In this document: in pieces, positions 1 to 10,962 of the stretch | Numbering within the stretch: the first letter of the stretch is position 1 | How the letters are laid out: each line of letters starts with the position of its first letter | Origin: Moniliella sp. 'wahieum' | Lineage: Eukaryota | Direction of reading: 5' to 3' | Length of the DNA stretch: 64,000 bases | Assembly: GCA_003971905.1 (NCBI GenBank) | Contig: RSEE01000013.1 | Coordinates: forward strand, 620,001 to 684,000 | Program-made: the position numbers and the translations under genes | Notes under the pieces: model-generated | What the model was told of the DNA's origin: nothing | Database searches by the model: none | What the model saw: only the letters and a program-made list of their open reading frames with translations

Positions 1-93
1 AGGGCAACCTGAAGCACTCTGCAGAGCGCGCGAGGTGCAGAGGAGAGGGAACAAGGGGGGCGGAGACCAAAAAACACAAAGGCAAGAAGGAGC

Positions 94-254
94 CGTCAAG
101 CGTCAAGCCTTCAAGCCTTCCAAGCGTCAAGCTCGCGTCAAGCTCGAGTCAAGCTCGCGTCAAGCTCGAGTCAAGCTCGCGTCAAGCTCGAGTCAAGCTC
201 GCGTCAAGCTCGAGTCAAGCTCGCGTCAAGCTCGAGTCAAGCTCGCGTCAAGCT
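94..254. repeat. Tandem array: CGTCAAG duplication followed by 11 alternating 11-bp units TCAAGCTCGCG/TCAAGCTCGAG (22-bp higher-order repeat)
   Basis: Read directly; units start at 127,138,...,237, with a partial unit at 248. Confidence 0.95.
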
Positions 255-628
255 AGCTTCCAGAAAAGATAGAACAGGGTGGCAACTAAGGTACCGTCGT
301 ACCAGGCCGTACCACAGTATCAGACGCCTAAGCTCGTGGGAGTTTGCCAAGCAACAGCAACACGAAGGCAGTATCGGCGAAAGGATAGAAAAGGATGTGG
401 GGGGGGGCGGTGACGCAGTCAGATGAGCATGGAGCATGGAAGAAAAGGGGGAGGCTAAGGGACGGAAACAAGAAACAAGATCCCGGATGTGGCATGGACC
501 ATGGATTATGGTTCATGGTTCATGGATCGTTGGGGCTTGTCATCCGATCCTCTCATATCACAACATGGCGCCCAACCACATTCGAATCGGCGTGCATCGC
601 CTCGCCTGCGTCCGCATGCCCCCTGCAG

Positions 629-2266
629 CTACTCTGTTCGGTTTCCCTCCAGGAGAGGTTCCCATTTGAGCAGCAACGTGGTCGCGCGTGGGGAAACTGG
701 TACTGCGCCTCCAAGTCGGCCGGAAGCGTGGTTTTAATAATCAACTTGAGTACCTTGTGGATCTTACTGTGCCGAATACCCTGGACCGTGACATTGGGCA
801 ACGACTCGAGAGTGGTAAGGTGCTGGTGCACACGGCGCATTGACTGGAATAGCATACCCACGTTACCACGCAGTGTGAGTCAGTCAGTAAACAAGTACAG
901 TAGCGCCCACGGACCAGAAGAGCTCAAGCATGCGCAACACAACAACATAATAACGTACGTCTGCCAGATTCTCCTCGCGGCCCAAAAACAGTTTCTGCAA
1001 CTCAAAACGCAACCGCCTCAGGAAACGATCAGAGCCGACCGCCGAACTCGATGTCGATGTCGATGTCGTTGGCGTTGGCGTTGGCGCTGTCGCTGGCACT
1101 GTCGTTGGCGCTGTCGTTGTCGTTGTTGTGTCGACTGTCCTACTAGTCATGTCGGCCATCATGTCAGTCGTGTCCGGCTCGGGTCCGGCACTCGGGTCAG
1201 GCACAGGCACCGGATCCAACCGTGGCGACTTGGTACTGGGCAAGGAACCGTCAGTCGCGCCCTCTGTCGCAGCGGCTTGTTGGACCACAGGAGGCTGCTT
1301 GGAAAGACGTCCACGCTTCCGCGGCGCAGGCTGGGACGAAGGCTCCAAACCCTGGTGAGTCACGGGCTGAGAGGGAGCAGCAACCGAACCACTTTCAGGA
1401 GGGCGGTCGCGCTTGCGCGGCACAGATGGAGATAAGGGGGGTGGGATGGTGGCCGTCTCTGGCTTTGGCTCTGCTGGCTCCGGCTGTGGCTTTTCTACGG
1501 GAGCGGCTTCAGTAGCGACAGTAGTAGTAGCGAGCGGTTCCGGCCTGGGTGGCACAGACGCGACGAAGGCTTGGGCCCTGGGGGGTCAAAGCTGTCTTGG
1601 CGGTCTTGGCGGTCTTGGGGGGTCCGGGAGGGCGGGTACGTGCCTTGGTGTGGCTGCTTAGCGCCTGCTTGGCTTGCCTCACGCGTTGGTCGTGCTCCCG
1701 TGCCCACGCGATCGGGTCGGCCAGGACAATCTCATACGCTTGGAGCAAGCCGGTGGGGGGCAGGCGGGGAGCGTGTTTGCTTTTGGTGAGGAATTCAGCC
1801 GCGTCGGCAGTAGTCAGGGGGGTGAGTTCAGATGTGTGGAAGAACGCGCTGCGGGGGGAGAGGAGAGGATGGTGAGTGACGCGTGGTGTGGAGAAATGGA
1901 GAAATGGAGAAATGGAGAAGGGAAGGCAGGGGGACGTACTAGTCGGCATCGGGGATGAAACGGACAATGTTGGCCTTGGTGGCGTTGTGGCGACGTTGGC
2001 GAACGGCCATTACGTCGGATGGGACCTGGTCGGGTCGACGACCTGCAGGGCGCCAGCCAAGAGGATCGGTTAGCTCGGCCAGGGTGGGCCACGCGAGGGA
2101 GGACATGTGCATACCATGGCGGGCCAGGGGCGGTATCCGCGCAGCTGCGCAAGCACGAGCGTGTCGCGTTCGCTGCGGAGCGTCGGCCAGGAGACGCGCA
2201 GAGGGTCAGCCAGTGTGCCGACGGACAAGAGGCGAGGCAAACGTACAAGCGAGGCGATGCGTCCAT
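629..2266 (-). CDS. PWWP-domain chromatin protein with C-terminal TFIIS-N/Med26-like helical domain (multi-exon, frameshifted)
   Basis: Spliced reading gives LVLAQLRGYRPWPAM (PWWP-type motif), ..IVRFIPDADY..LLQAYE, a T/P/A-rich linker, then RRLRFELQKLFL and IRHSKIHKVLKLII; GTACGT/GTATGC..CAG introns. Confidence 0.75.
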
Positions 2267-2851
2267 GGTGGGTCAACGCGCAGTAGCAAGCCGAGGCGCC
2301 CGCGGCCAGCACACCCGATCCCACCCCGCCCCTACCACTCCAGCCCTCTTTAATCCACGCTGTTCGCGGCGCGTCGGCTGCTTACGTACGCCGTTGCTGG
2401 CGTCCCATCGGAGGCTCCGCACTAAGAAATACTTCGAATCCCGTCCTTGACGTTGGACATGCTGAGCAATCAATCCCGCCCAGCACCACCAAGTCCCCGC
2501 ATCCACCCCATCGACCATCCTTCCCTCCAGTCATCTATCTCTACCGCGCATAGCATGCTCGGCGTCTTGTCCCTTCTTGCCATGCAAGCTGGTCATGATG
2601 CCAACCTCAGCATACAATTTTAGGGCAGGCTCCTCCCCGGTCGTAGGCCTGCCAGTCTCCAACAGAGCGTAGGCACGACAGGCAGATGATCGGAGAGACC
2701 GCTGCCGCAACATACATCATCGGAGCAGCTGTTTCGCCCCACCAAGGCCCAGTCGGGCACAGCACAGTAGCAGCGCTGGGAACGAGACCGAGGACCGAAA
2801 CACCGCATGATCGATGACGATGGAAGGACCTGCTGGTCCCAATCAGGCCAC

Positions 2852-3258
2852 TTAGATGTTCAGCTTGGTCCGGCGCCAGTTGCGGCGGAACTTGTTGTAC
2901 TGGATCTTGTTGTCCGTCTTCATGCGGAACCACTGGGGGATCGGGCTGGCAAAAAGTGAAAACGAAAAAAACGGTCACAGGTTAGTTAGGATTCCAAGGC
3001 CAACGAGGGAAAAGGACAATTGGAGTGCCGGCCGGCGCAGAGTCTGGCCTCGCACCTCGTACCTCCATCCCATGGTGCGACACGGAGTGCGGGACGGCAG
3101 GGTGCAAGGAATGCAAGCACCAGGATGTCTGCGTCCAGGAGAAAGAGGAACGCGGGAATGAGAGGGAGGGAGAGGGGAGGGGATCGATCTACGTACCGGT
3201 TCTTCCGGCCGGCCTTAGCCAGGGTGGACTTGGTCCGGAACGTCTTGTGGGAAGGCAT
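2852..3258 (-). CDS. RPL39: 60S ribosomal protein L39 (eL39); exons 3258-3197 and 2945-2852; probable 5'UTR intron 3385-3264
   Basis: [51 protein letters not shown], 51 aa after splicing a GTACGT..CTAAC..CAG intron. Confidence 0.97.
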
Positions 3259-3469
3259 GGTCGCTGCACAGAAGAGGAATACGAGTCAGTAAACACAACG
3301 TTCCAAGGAAGACCCGTAGCCATGCACAAGGCCATGCACAAGGCCATGCACAGCAACGCCACCGATCCGGGCAGCATCCACTCACCTGGTCTCGCAAAGT
3401 TCAGGGCTGGCAGAACCAAGGACGAGTTGCTTCGCCGCCAGCGGCGATGGGCTGGCGCAAGGCAGGGAA

Positions 3470-3496
3470 GTAGGGTTGGACTGGCCTTAACCCTAC
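3470..3496. promoter_or_regulatory. Inverted telo-box/Tbf1/HomolE-like pair GTAGGGTT-N11-AACCCTAC upstream of RPL39
   Basis: 8-bp inverted repeat; the same TAGGGTT core occurs twice upstream of RPS14. Confidence 0.45.
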
Positions 3497-3919
3497 TAGC
3501 GCGATTGCGGTAGCTGCCGCAGCTTTTTTCAGCCCCCAGCTGGGAGCTGGAGTGCTGGAGGATGCATGAAGTGTCTGAACTTGAAATGTTGAAGGCGGAA
3601 TGGTAAGTACCAGATGGAAAAACCCCGCACGTGCCTGCTTGCAACGCGTTCGCTCGCCCCAGTCGGTTGCACCTAAGATCCAAGGACGGGCCGTGGGCCA
3701 TGCAACTCCGAGAGCCGTGCCACCGCCTCTAACCCACCCGACCGCTATGACGCCGTCGTCGATATGCGCCCGACGGACCATCCCTTGCTCTCGCATCGTC
3801 CTCATCAGCCTCACATGCAGCCTGGGTCGGCGCCTACCTCATTACCATCATCCTCGTACGTGCATGCGATCGTTCTGCCTTTCCAGTTGGCACAAGTGCG
3901 ATCCTTGCTTACAAAGACC

Positions 3920-5083
3920 TTACTCGGTCGTGAACACAATCTTCCTCACCTTGCGTTGGGAGAAGAGGTCGTAGTACGTCGCTGCCTCGTCCAGCGGGGC
4001 CACCTTCTCCACAAACGTGGCGAATCGGTCGACATTTTTGGCGAGAAGCGAAAGAGCGGGCTTGGAAAAAGGGTAAGGATGGGTATGGTTAGCAAGCGTC
4101 CTGTGGGTCTTAGATCTTAGGTCGTAAGTCTCCTACTTACCTTGAACACGGAGCGGACGGGACAGCGGCCAAACTGAAGACGAATGTTCTTGTTGTACAG
4201 CGCTGGTCCGTTCAGGAGCACGTCTTGAGTAAAGATGCCGCAAGAGGCCACTGCGCCAAACGGACGAACCAGGTTGATGGCCGTGCGAAGGGCAGAAGGA
4301 GCACCGACTACTTCCAACGCAGCATCCGCCCCGTCCCTCTGTCAATTCCAACACTCGCGTCTGGACCGACGTAGCATCCATATCCGCAGGCAACTGCACC
4401 GTCTCGTCTGCGCCCATTGTACGTGCTTCCTTGAGTCGGTCAGGAACCGAATCAATCGCAATCACATGCCCAAAAACGATTTGGCAGCCAACACTGCGCA
4501 CAAGCCACCGGTCCACACCCAACCACCACGGCCGTAGTGGGCTTGGAGCGCTCCACCTCGTTGAGCAAATTGTACGCATTGGATGCGACAAAGTAGCCAG
4601 TCGGAACCACGTCGGCCATAAGTACCTGCAACGGCAAGGGCACCACCGACTTGTCCAGGGCATGGTACAGCGTCGTAGCAGCCAATTCGACGCGCACATA
4701 CTCGGCCTGTGCACCAGCTAAGAGCGGCGTACCAAAACATTTCCCACCCTGCAGGCACCGCCCCGACTCGCCCCGCTCACAGTAAAAGCAAGTTCCACAT
4801 GACGTGGTGAAGGGCGACAAGACTTGGTCACCAGGCTTGAACTGCGTCACCGCCGATCCCACTTCCACCACTGTGCCGGTAAATTCATGGCCCATGATGA
4901 TCCCGACCTCAGGCACTTTCTGACCACCGTGGTAGTAGTGCATGTCGGACGCACACACGCCGTACGGGAAACTTTGACGATGGCATCGGTGGGGGCTTGG
5001 ATGGTGGGCGTAGGTACCTGCTCGACCGACACTTTGTAGGGTGCGTGCAGCACGACGGCTTTCATCTGGGTCGGGCGTGCCAT
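3920..5083 (-). CDS. Zinc-dependent medium-chain alcohol dehydrogenase (MDR family)
   Basis: MKAVVLHAP..GVCASDMHYYHG..MGHEFTG; structural-Zn cluster CGTCFYCERGESGRC; VVVGCGPV Rossmann motif; QFGRCPVRS; last exon ends KIVFTTE*. Frameshifts present. Confidence 0.92.
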
Positions 5084-5473
5084 GGCGCAAACAGAGAGGC
5101 GAGGGAGAGAGGGAGGGAGAAAGGGAGGGCGGGAACCAGAAAGGCGGGGGATGGTGGCTCCCTTTTATTGGTGGGGGTTGGGGTGAGATCTGACTAGAGA
5201 TGGGACGGCTGTGTAGGGGCGATGTGGGGCGACAGGCGACATGCATCATGCATCACTTAGTCACTCTGGGGCAGTCGGGCGCAGGGACACAGACGGAGAG
5301 GGTCGAAGAGGGTCCGTGCGCACCCGGCTCCTGCCAGGACCGAGGGGAGCCCTTGGGCTGGATGGCTTGGGAAGCACAGTGCGTATCCAAGCAACACCGG
5401 CTGTGATGGGGCGCGTGGGCCGGTGGTCACACATGACACCCACCGCCCATCGATCCAATCCCCCCACACGCCT

Positions 5474-5797
5474 TGTCGACGGGAGCGGATCCCGATTAGG
5501 TAATGAAGGTGACCAGCCGGCTTACAGGTCTTAGCGCCTATATAGACAGTAGGGTGACGAGCTCAGGAAAGGTGAGGTGTATGGTAGCTTGCATCCAGAG
5601 CATAGCAAAGTAGCTCCTTTTATACCCCAAAGAAAGAGGGTAAGGGAGCGTAAGACAAGACAAGGCAGAATCGGGGTTCTGGAGGAGAAAACCGAGAGAT
5701 AGGACGGAGGAGGAAGAACACAGCCGTACTATACACAAGAGCCTGAGAAATACTACAAAGTTTTCTCGCACGTGCGTGGTAAAGTATTGTGATGACA
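5474..5797. mobile_element. LTR-like segment (no TSD found)
   Basis: TGTC...GACA termini and an internal minus-strand GGGTATAAAAGGAG TATA box resembling the one in the 32526-32877 solo LTR; flanks CGCCT/GTGGA do not match. Confidence 0.35.
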
Positions 5798-7135
5798 GTG
5801 GAACAGACAAAGGAGGGTAACCCAAACGAGTGATGGATCCTTGTATGTACCTCTTCTTGAAGTTATTGATGGCTCCAGAAGTCCATCTTACCTCCAGCTA
5901 CATGAGAGCGCAAAAATGGTGGACCTCCACGCTGTGCTCAAGTTTGGAAGCACCCAAGGACGGGACGTTTGATCCATTGGGAAAACAACTATACACGGAA
6001 GAATTCTGCAAGAAATGGGCCACGACGCCAAAAAAAGGTCCAAGCTGAGCTTCGTAACAACTAACTACACACGGAAAAAGGAACTATGAAGGTTATCATC
6101 TCATCACTAAGCAATCTCCAAGTGGACTCAAATGACAAACGTACACGAAACGTACGGTCCAGCCGATGACGTTTGACACCACAAGTCTCAAAAAATGGAA
6201 AGGCCATCTGTGTCGCCTTTGACCGTTCCTTCCATGTGAGGAGGAGTGAGAGAGAAGAAACCGAATTTCCTGTGGCCGTTTTCGCCCTACAAGTATATGG
6301 ACATGACTCTCATTGACGCGAAGTCGTCCCATAGTCCTCGCATGCTGCGCCTGTACCTTCATATAGTATCCTCTGTCGGTACAAGTGAATACCGCGTATG
6401 TGTTTCTTCTTAGGTCCAGCCCTTCACCGGCCTGACCTGCATTTCTTTTTCCCCATTTCTCACCCTGGTTTGTGATTCTTTGCATCGGTGGGAGGTGACT
6501 CGTCCACCTCGTTGCCTTCGGCTTCCTCTCTGCCTACAACTTGGCCATCGTAGATGGAGACTGACTAAAAGGTGTCCACAGGATCGGTGGGAGTGTCAGA
6601 TTCATATATGCCGTGCCAGGGGACGCTTGGCCTAACCCCTTGGCCCGCATGGGAATATACTATAGGGTGATTCATGCACTGTAACCGGTGTAACCACATC
6701 ATTGACAAAGTGAGAACAGCGGAGACGAACTCGAACCGGCGAAAACATCGCCCGTTAAACGGCCACCGATCGCAACTCAATGCGTCTCAACTCAACGTGC
6801 CTTAACGTACCCTTTTAACGTTTAACCCCATCGACCTCTCTCATCGACTCAGCACTGGTACTCACAACGTTCAACGTGTTCAACGTCGTCCGCAGTAGGC
6901 CTCGTCAGGGCCTCCTCACTAGTCACACTGTCACCTCCTGCACGAGAACTCACGCAACGTGGGTAGCTTGAAGCTTAAATCGATGAAGGGGGGGATCAGT
7001 TTGACTGTACGCGGAAAAATGAGAAGGGGAAGGACTGGTTATAGTACATCATATTACGAAGGTATCCAGGTGGTAGAAAACCTTGAAGAAGAACAGCTAA
7101 TTGTAAAAAGGGTGGGGGGTCTGAGACCCGGGTCA

Positions 7136-7455
7136 CTTGAACCTTGAACAGCTGAACGTTGAGCGTTTTGAGCGCTGAGCGGATCAATGTGTTACATGTC
7201 TTTGTGATGTGACATGTGATGCATGATGATCGAGATGATCAACACGTCGTTTCGAAAGCTTGAGACGCGTACACTAGCAGCGCGTATTAGCGCGTCAACG
7301 CGTCAACGTTCAACGTTCACCGTTGCTGGCTGTATATGAGTACTCAGGAGTATGAATATGGCACCTGCGACATTGTGACGTGTTACATGTTACATGTGAC
7401 GGTGGCAAAAGTGATGAATCGATGAACCGACGAACTTGTTGAACACGTTGAACGC
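7136..7455. repeat. Dense cluster of TNA-centred 7-bp duplication/palindrome arrays
   Basis: e.g. TGA ACCT TGA ACAGC TGA ACGT TGA; TGA CATG TGA TGCA TGA; TCA ACGT TCA ACGT TCA; TTA CATG TTA CATG TGA; TGA ACACGT TGA. Confidence 0.85.
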
Positions 7456-7653
7456 ACAAAAAAACTGAACGTGTGCGGTGCCACCATTCCCAGCGTCTTC
7501 GCTATGCGGGATAAAATCGACGTGAATTTGTTTAGTGAAGACGCTGACATGTTCGCGAGCTTCACACTAGGGAACCGAACCCCGGGTTTACGGCCCAGGG
7601 TTCTACTATGATATGTCTCCGGAATCGATGCCCAGACCCCCGTCGAAACCCCC

Positions 7654-8047
7654 TGTGACGTTGGGATTGCGGCATATCCCATCAGGCGAGACCTTCCCTT
7701 CCCATCAGAGACAATAAGACTCAGTGAGGACTGAACGCGTTTCACCGATCACAACGTCCAGGGAACACTGGCATGAACTTAGGAGGATCGCGAGTAGTCC
7801 TTTCCTAGTGGTCGGGCAGAGCCATGCAGCATCCGAGAAGGAGGCTGCGCGTTATAGGTTCCGGACGTGAAAGCGTGGAGCTTCAACGGGCGAAGGAGGG
7901 CGAGCGAGCTGATTGAAAGGGGAAGATTATTTAGGGCCTAGAAGGAGTGAGGGGAAAGGGAGCCAAGAAGCATAATAGCAACGATTAATGATACCGGAGC
8001 GTAGGTGTGGCTGTGCAAGGCGACTTCGTCGTTGCCCTGCCGTTACA
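7654..8047. mobile_element. Solo LTR (394 bp)
   Basis: TGTGACG...CGTTACA termini (6/7 inverted), flanked by CCCCC / CCTCC (5-bp TSD with one mismatch). Confidence 0.6.
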
Positions 8048-9297
8048 CCTCCTAACAAGCTGGATCGGCATCAATTTTATTGTGCCGGGTGCATATATAT
8101 GCCCTTGCTATTAAAGCTGCACTGCCCCCCTATTAATCGCGCGCGCCCTATGTCGAACACACAGGACGTCAGAGATTTAGGTGAGGAAGTGGCAACGTAC
8201 TTTTTGGACATAGTGATGTTCTGTGGGCTTCTTCGGCTGCTGTGATGCAACGATATCATCCGAGGGTCTTGCGTTGTTTCTTGGAGCATTTTTCTCTCGT
8301 CCGTAGTCCCAGTAGCAAACTATCTGTGGCCTCCTATACCGCAGACTACAGCAGACTACTATAAACTACTGTCTACTAAAGCCCCCCTGCTCGTCACATC
8401 CCGTCATCTCAGTCACTGGCTCTGTCACATCCAGGGGCAACTTGTTCGAGGACGTGTCGCATCATGCATATTCCAGGTCACATGTCATACGGCATACATT
8501 TTTTGTTCTTGCGGGCTCGGGCCGATGTATTACAGATGCAGTAGGTGATTCACGTGGGAGCTTGTGAACAGATGGACCCGAACAGCTAGCTACAAAACAG
8601 GATGCAACTTCCTCGTTCCCACGGTGTTCCCACGGTCAGTAACTGAATAATACCAAGTGCAGTGCACTGCGCAGAACGTTGTTTACAACGCCCACAGTAC
8701 CTCTTAGTTCTTAGTGTGAAAGAAAACGGGTGTGAATACGGCCAACAAAACTCTTCATGTGTAAAACAAGAAGAGATCGATGAGGAAACCAAGTGAGCCT
8801 ACTGTTATCGTCTGGTGTCCCATGTGCCTCTTCCCCCTTGGAAAGAAAACTATACTCGGCTATACTGTGTGTACTCTATCGCATCGATCAGCATATCAAC
8901 ATGCGACTACAGCTATAGGATTTTCCCGCCATTATACTAGACCAGCCCCACATACCTTGTTCATACTGTGGACTCCGGCCATCGGCTGTCCCATGCCCCA
9001 CGATGTGTCGGCACGCCCGCACATCTCACCTCTCTTGGACTTCATAATACTCGTTTTCGGTTAGGTCAGGCGGGATTGGACGCTGGACGCTGGACGTACG
9101 TGTTGGAAAGAACATGCGTGTTGGGCCGGCAAACATGCATCCTCACAAACAAGCCACGTCACTCGCTGTACGTGATATGTGATACCAATTGTGCATGACA
9201 GTCTCGGACCTATGATGCTCACTCATGCCATGGTAGCCATGGTGGATGGCATGCCACCTGCCGATCCCCCCTCTGGCATCTTCTGGGATCCATCCAG

Positions 9298-9432
9298 TGT
9301 CACATGTCACTAGTCACTAGTCACTAATCACTACATGTCATTTGCCACACTTCACTCGCCACTAGTCACTCGATGGGCGACGTGTCAAATGAACTTAACT
9401 AGAATGAGGAACTAGTAACTAGTAACTGCTAA
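9298..9432. repeat. TNA-centred 7-bp arrays
   Basis: TCA CATG TCA CTAG TCA CTAG TCA CTAA TCA (9300-9330); CTAG TAA CTAG TAA CTGC TAA (9412-9432). Confidence 0.85.
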
Positions 9433-10810
9433 AGAATCAAACCGGCAGAGGTTAAACCCCATCGTCTTCGAGCGCGTCCAACTGCGAGACACATGTTATG
9501 CACTCTCTGCGGCCCCGACCAACGTCCAACACTCAGTACTCACATGCATCACAACGACAGCAAGCACAAAAGAACCACATCACAACTAATGTCACATGCA
9601 TCACCTACTCCGACATTGACTATACTTTTCAGAATCCGTACTCACGCGTTCACAACTCCATATATACTCTGACCTCGCGCGCACTCTCCCACTGCACGCA
9701 CCATCTTTGGTAACGCTTGGAACGTTGAAAACGCACGTGTTTCAAGGACGCCGACCGGCTATCCCCGCGTAAAGTGGGGTGACCGGTGAAAAGACACCCT
9801 CGTCGCTATATACGTTGGCCGCTTCCATGCGTTACGGGCTATTCACAGAAGGTAGTACCCAGTTTCGAGAGAAAGAGGTTTTGCAGAAAAGTCGGTGCAC
9901 ATTAAGGGTGTCTACACCAAACCACACGCTATTATATGCTGAAAACATGAGAGGCATATAGATCTGGTGTATATGAAACTTCCTCGAGACGCATTTTTGG
10001 TGTGTGTTTTTTTATGTTGCGTCCATATCATTGACAAAGCTTAAGACTGGGACAGGGAAACGCTACGTCTAAACCGAACCTTTCATCTTGCGGGGGTTAC
10101 CCGTGTGTAGTGCTTCTCGTCTTCTCGTGACATGTGACAACTCTTCTGCTTAATTGTTCAATGTCAAGGTGTGTCAACCAACCGCTCGTGGCCAACGCTT
10201 GTCCTGCCCCCTCCTATTCTGTTCGAGAGGGTTTGATGTATACAATAAAGTGCGTGTGAGGACCCGTTGGTCATTGGTTATTACGGACAAGTACAATACG
10301 TTTTCACGCCCAAAATCTCAAAAGTAACAAAACGAGCTTCACACACTCTCGTTCTTATTGTACTTCTTCTTACTAAGATGCACACTGATGTGCTCATTGA
10401 AGGGCTTCTCGCCCTTCTGTAGTCCCGTGTATTTTTGGTGCGTGTGTGTATGTCAGTACTCATTACTTAGTAAATAGACGCGCCGGGCCCTTGAGAGAAG
10501 TACATATGTGTTGATCATGTTGATCGGCGAGTGCTATAGGCTAATTAATTACTAGTGAAAAAAGCTGTTGAAGATCGAGAGATGCAAGCATTATATACTT
10601 TAGGCCTTGGTCTCTCGATCGTTGATCTTGCCGATCGTGAGCACCAACCTATAGACACGGCCCCCATCTTGTTTATTTTTCCCGCACAGATCTGCTTGAA
10701 TCTGTTACTTCTGTCAGGTAGAATGGATGTGTTTTACATCTGCCCTATATCCTGCATTCCATATTCGTATCCTTGGCGCCTTGGCACTGGCAATTACGGT
10801 ATGCAGACAC

Positions 10811-10962
10811 ATCTCACATGTCACATGTCACATCTCAAGATCTCAAGCTTGAAGCTTGAAGCTTGACAGTCTCAGAGATCCCTAGCGTCGTTTAATGTTT
10901 AGTTGTTACCAGTGTTGGGACTAGTACTTACTTCCACAGCGTTACGCGTTACGCGTTACGCC
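10811..10962. repeat. TNA-centred 7-bp arrays
   Basis: TCA CATG TCA CATG TCA CATC TCA AGATC TCA AGCT TGA AGCT TGA AGCT TGA; TTA CGCG TTA CGCG TTA CGCC. Confidence 0.9.

Noticed and set aside
94..254. CRISPR-like array
   Set aside because: Head-to-tail 11-bp units with no unique spacers, eukaryotic context and no cas genes.
2946..3196. snoRNA in the relatively long RPL39 intron
   Set aside because: No clear C/D (RTGATGA..CTGA) or H/ACA boxes; only a weak hairpin.
7136..7455. TNA arrays as Tc1-like footprints made of transposon terminal dinucleotides with a 3-bp TSD
   Set aside because: It would need about ten element families with different termini, and the spacer tracks the local flanking dinucleotide, which fits flank-derived P nucleotides better. 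Not fully excluded.
9785..9918. Inverted repeat AGACACCCT/AGGGTGTCT as MITE termini
   Set aside because: Only 9 exact bp, no TSD, and no second copy in the window.
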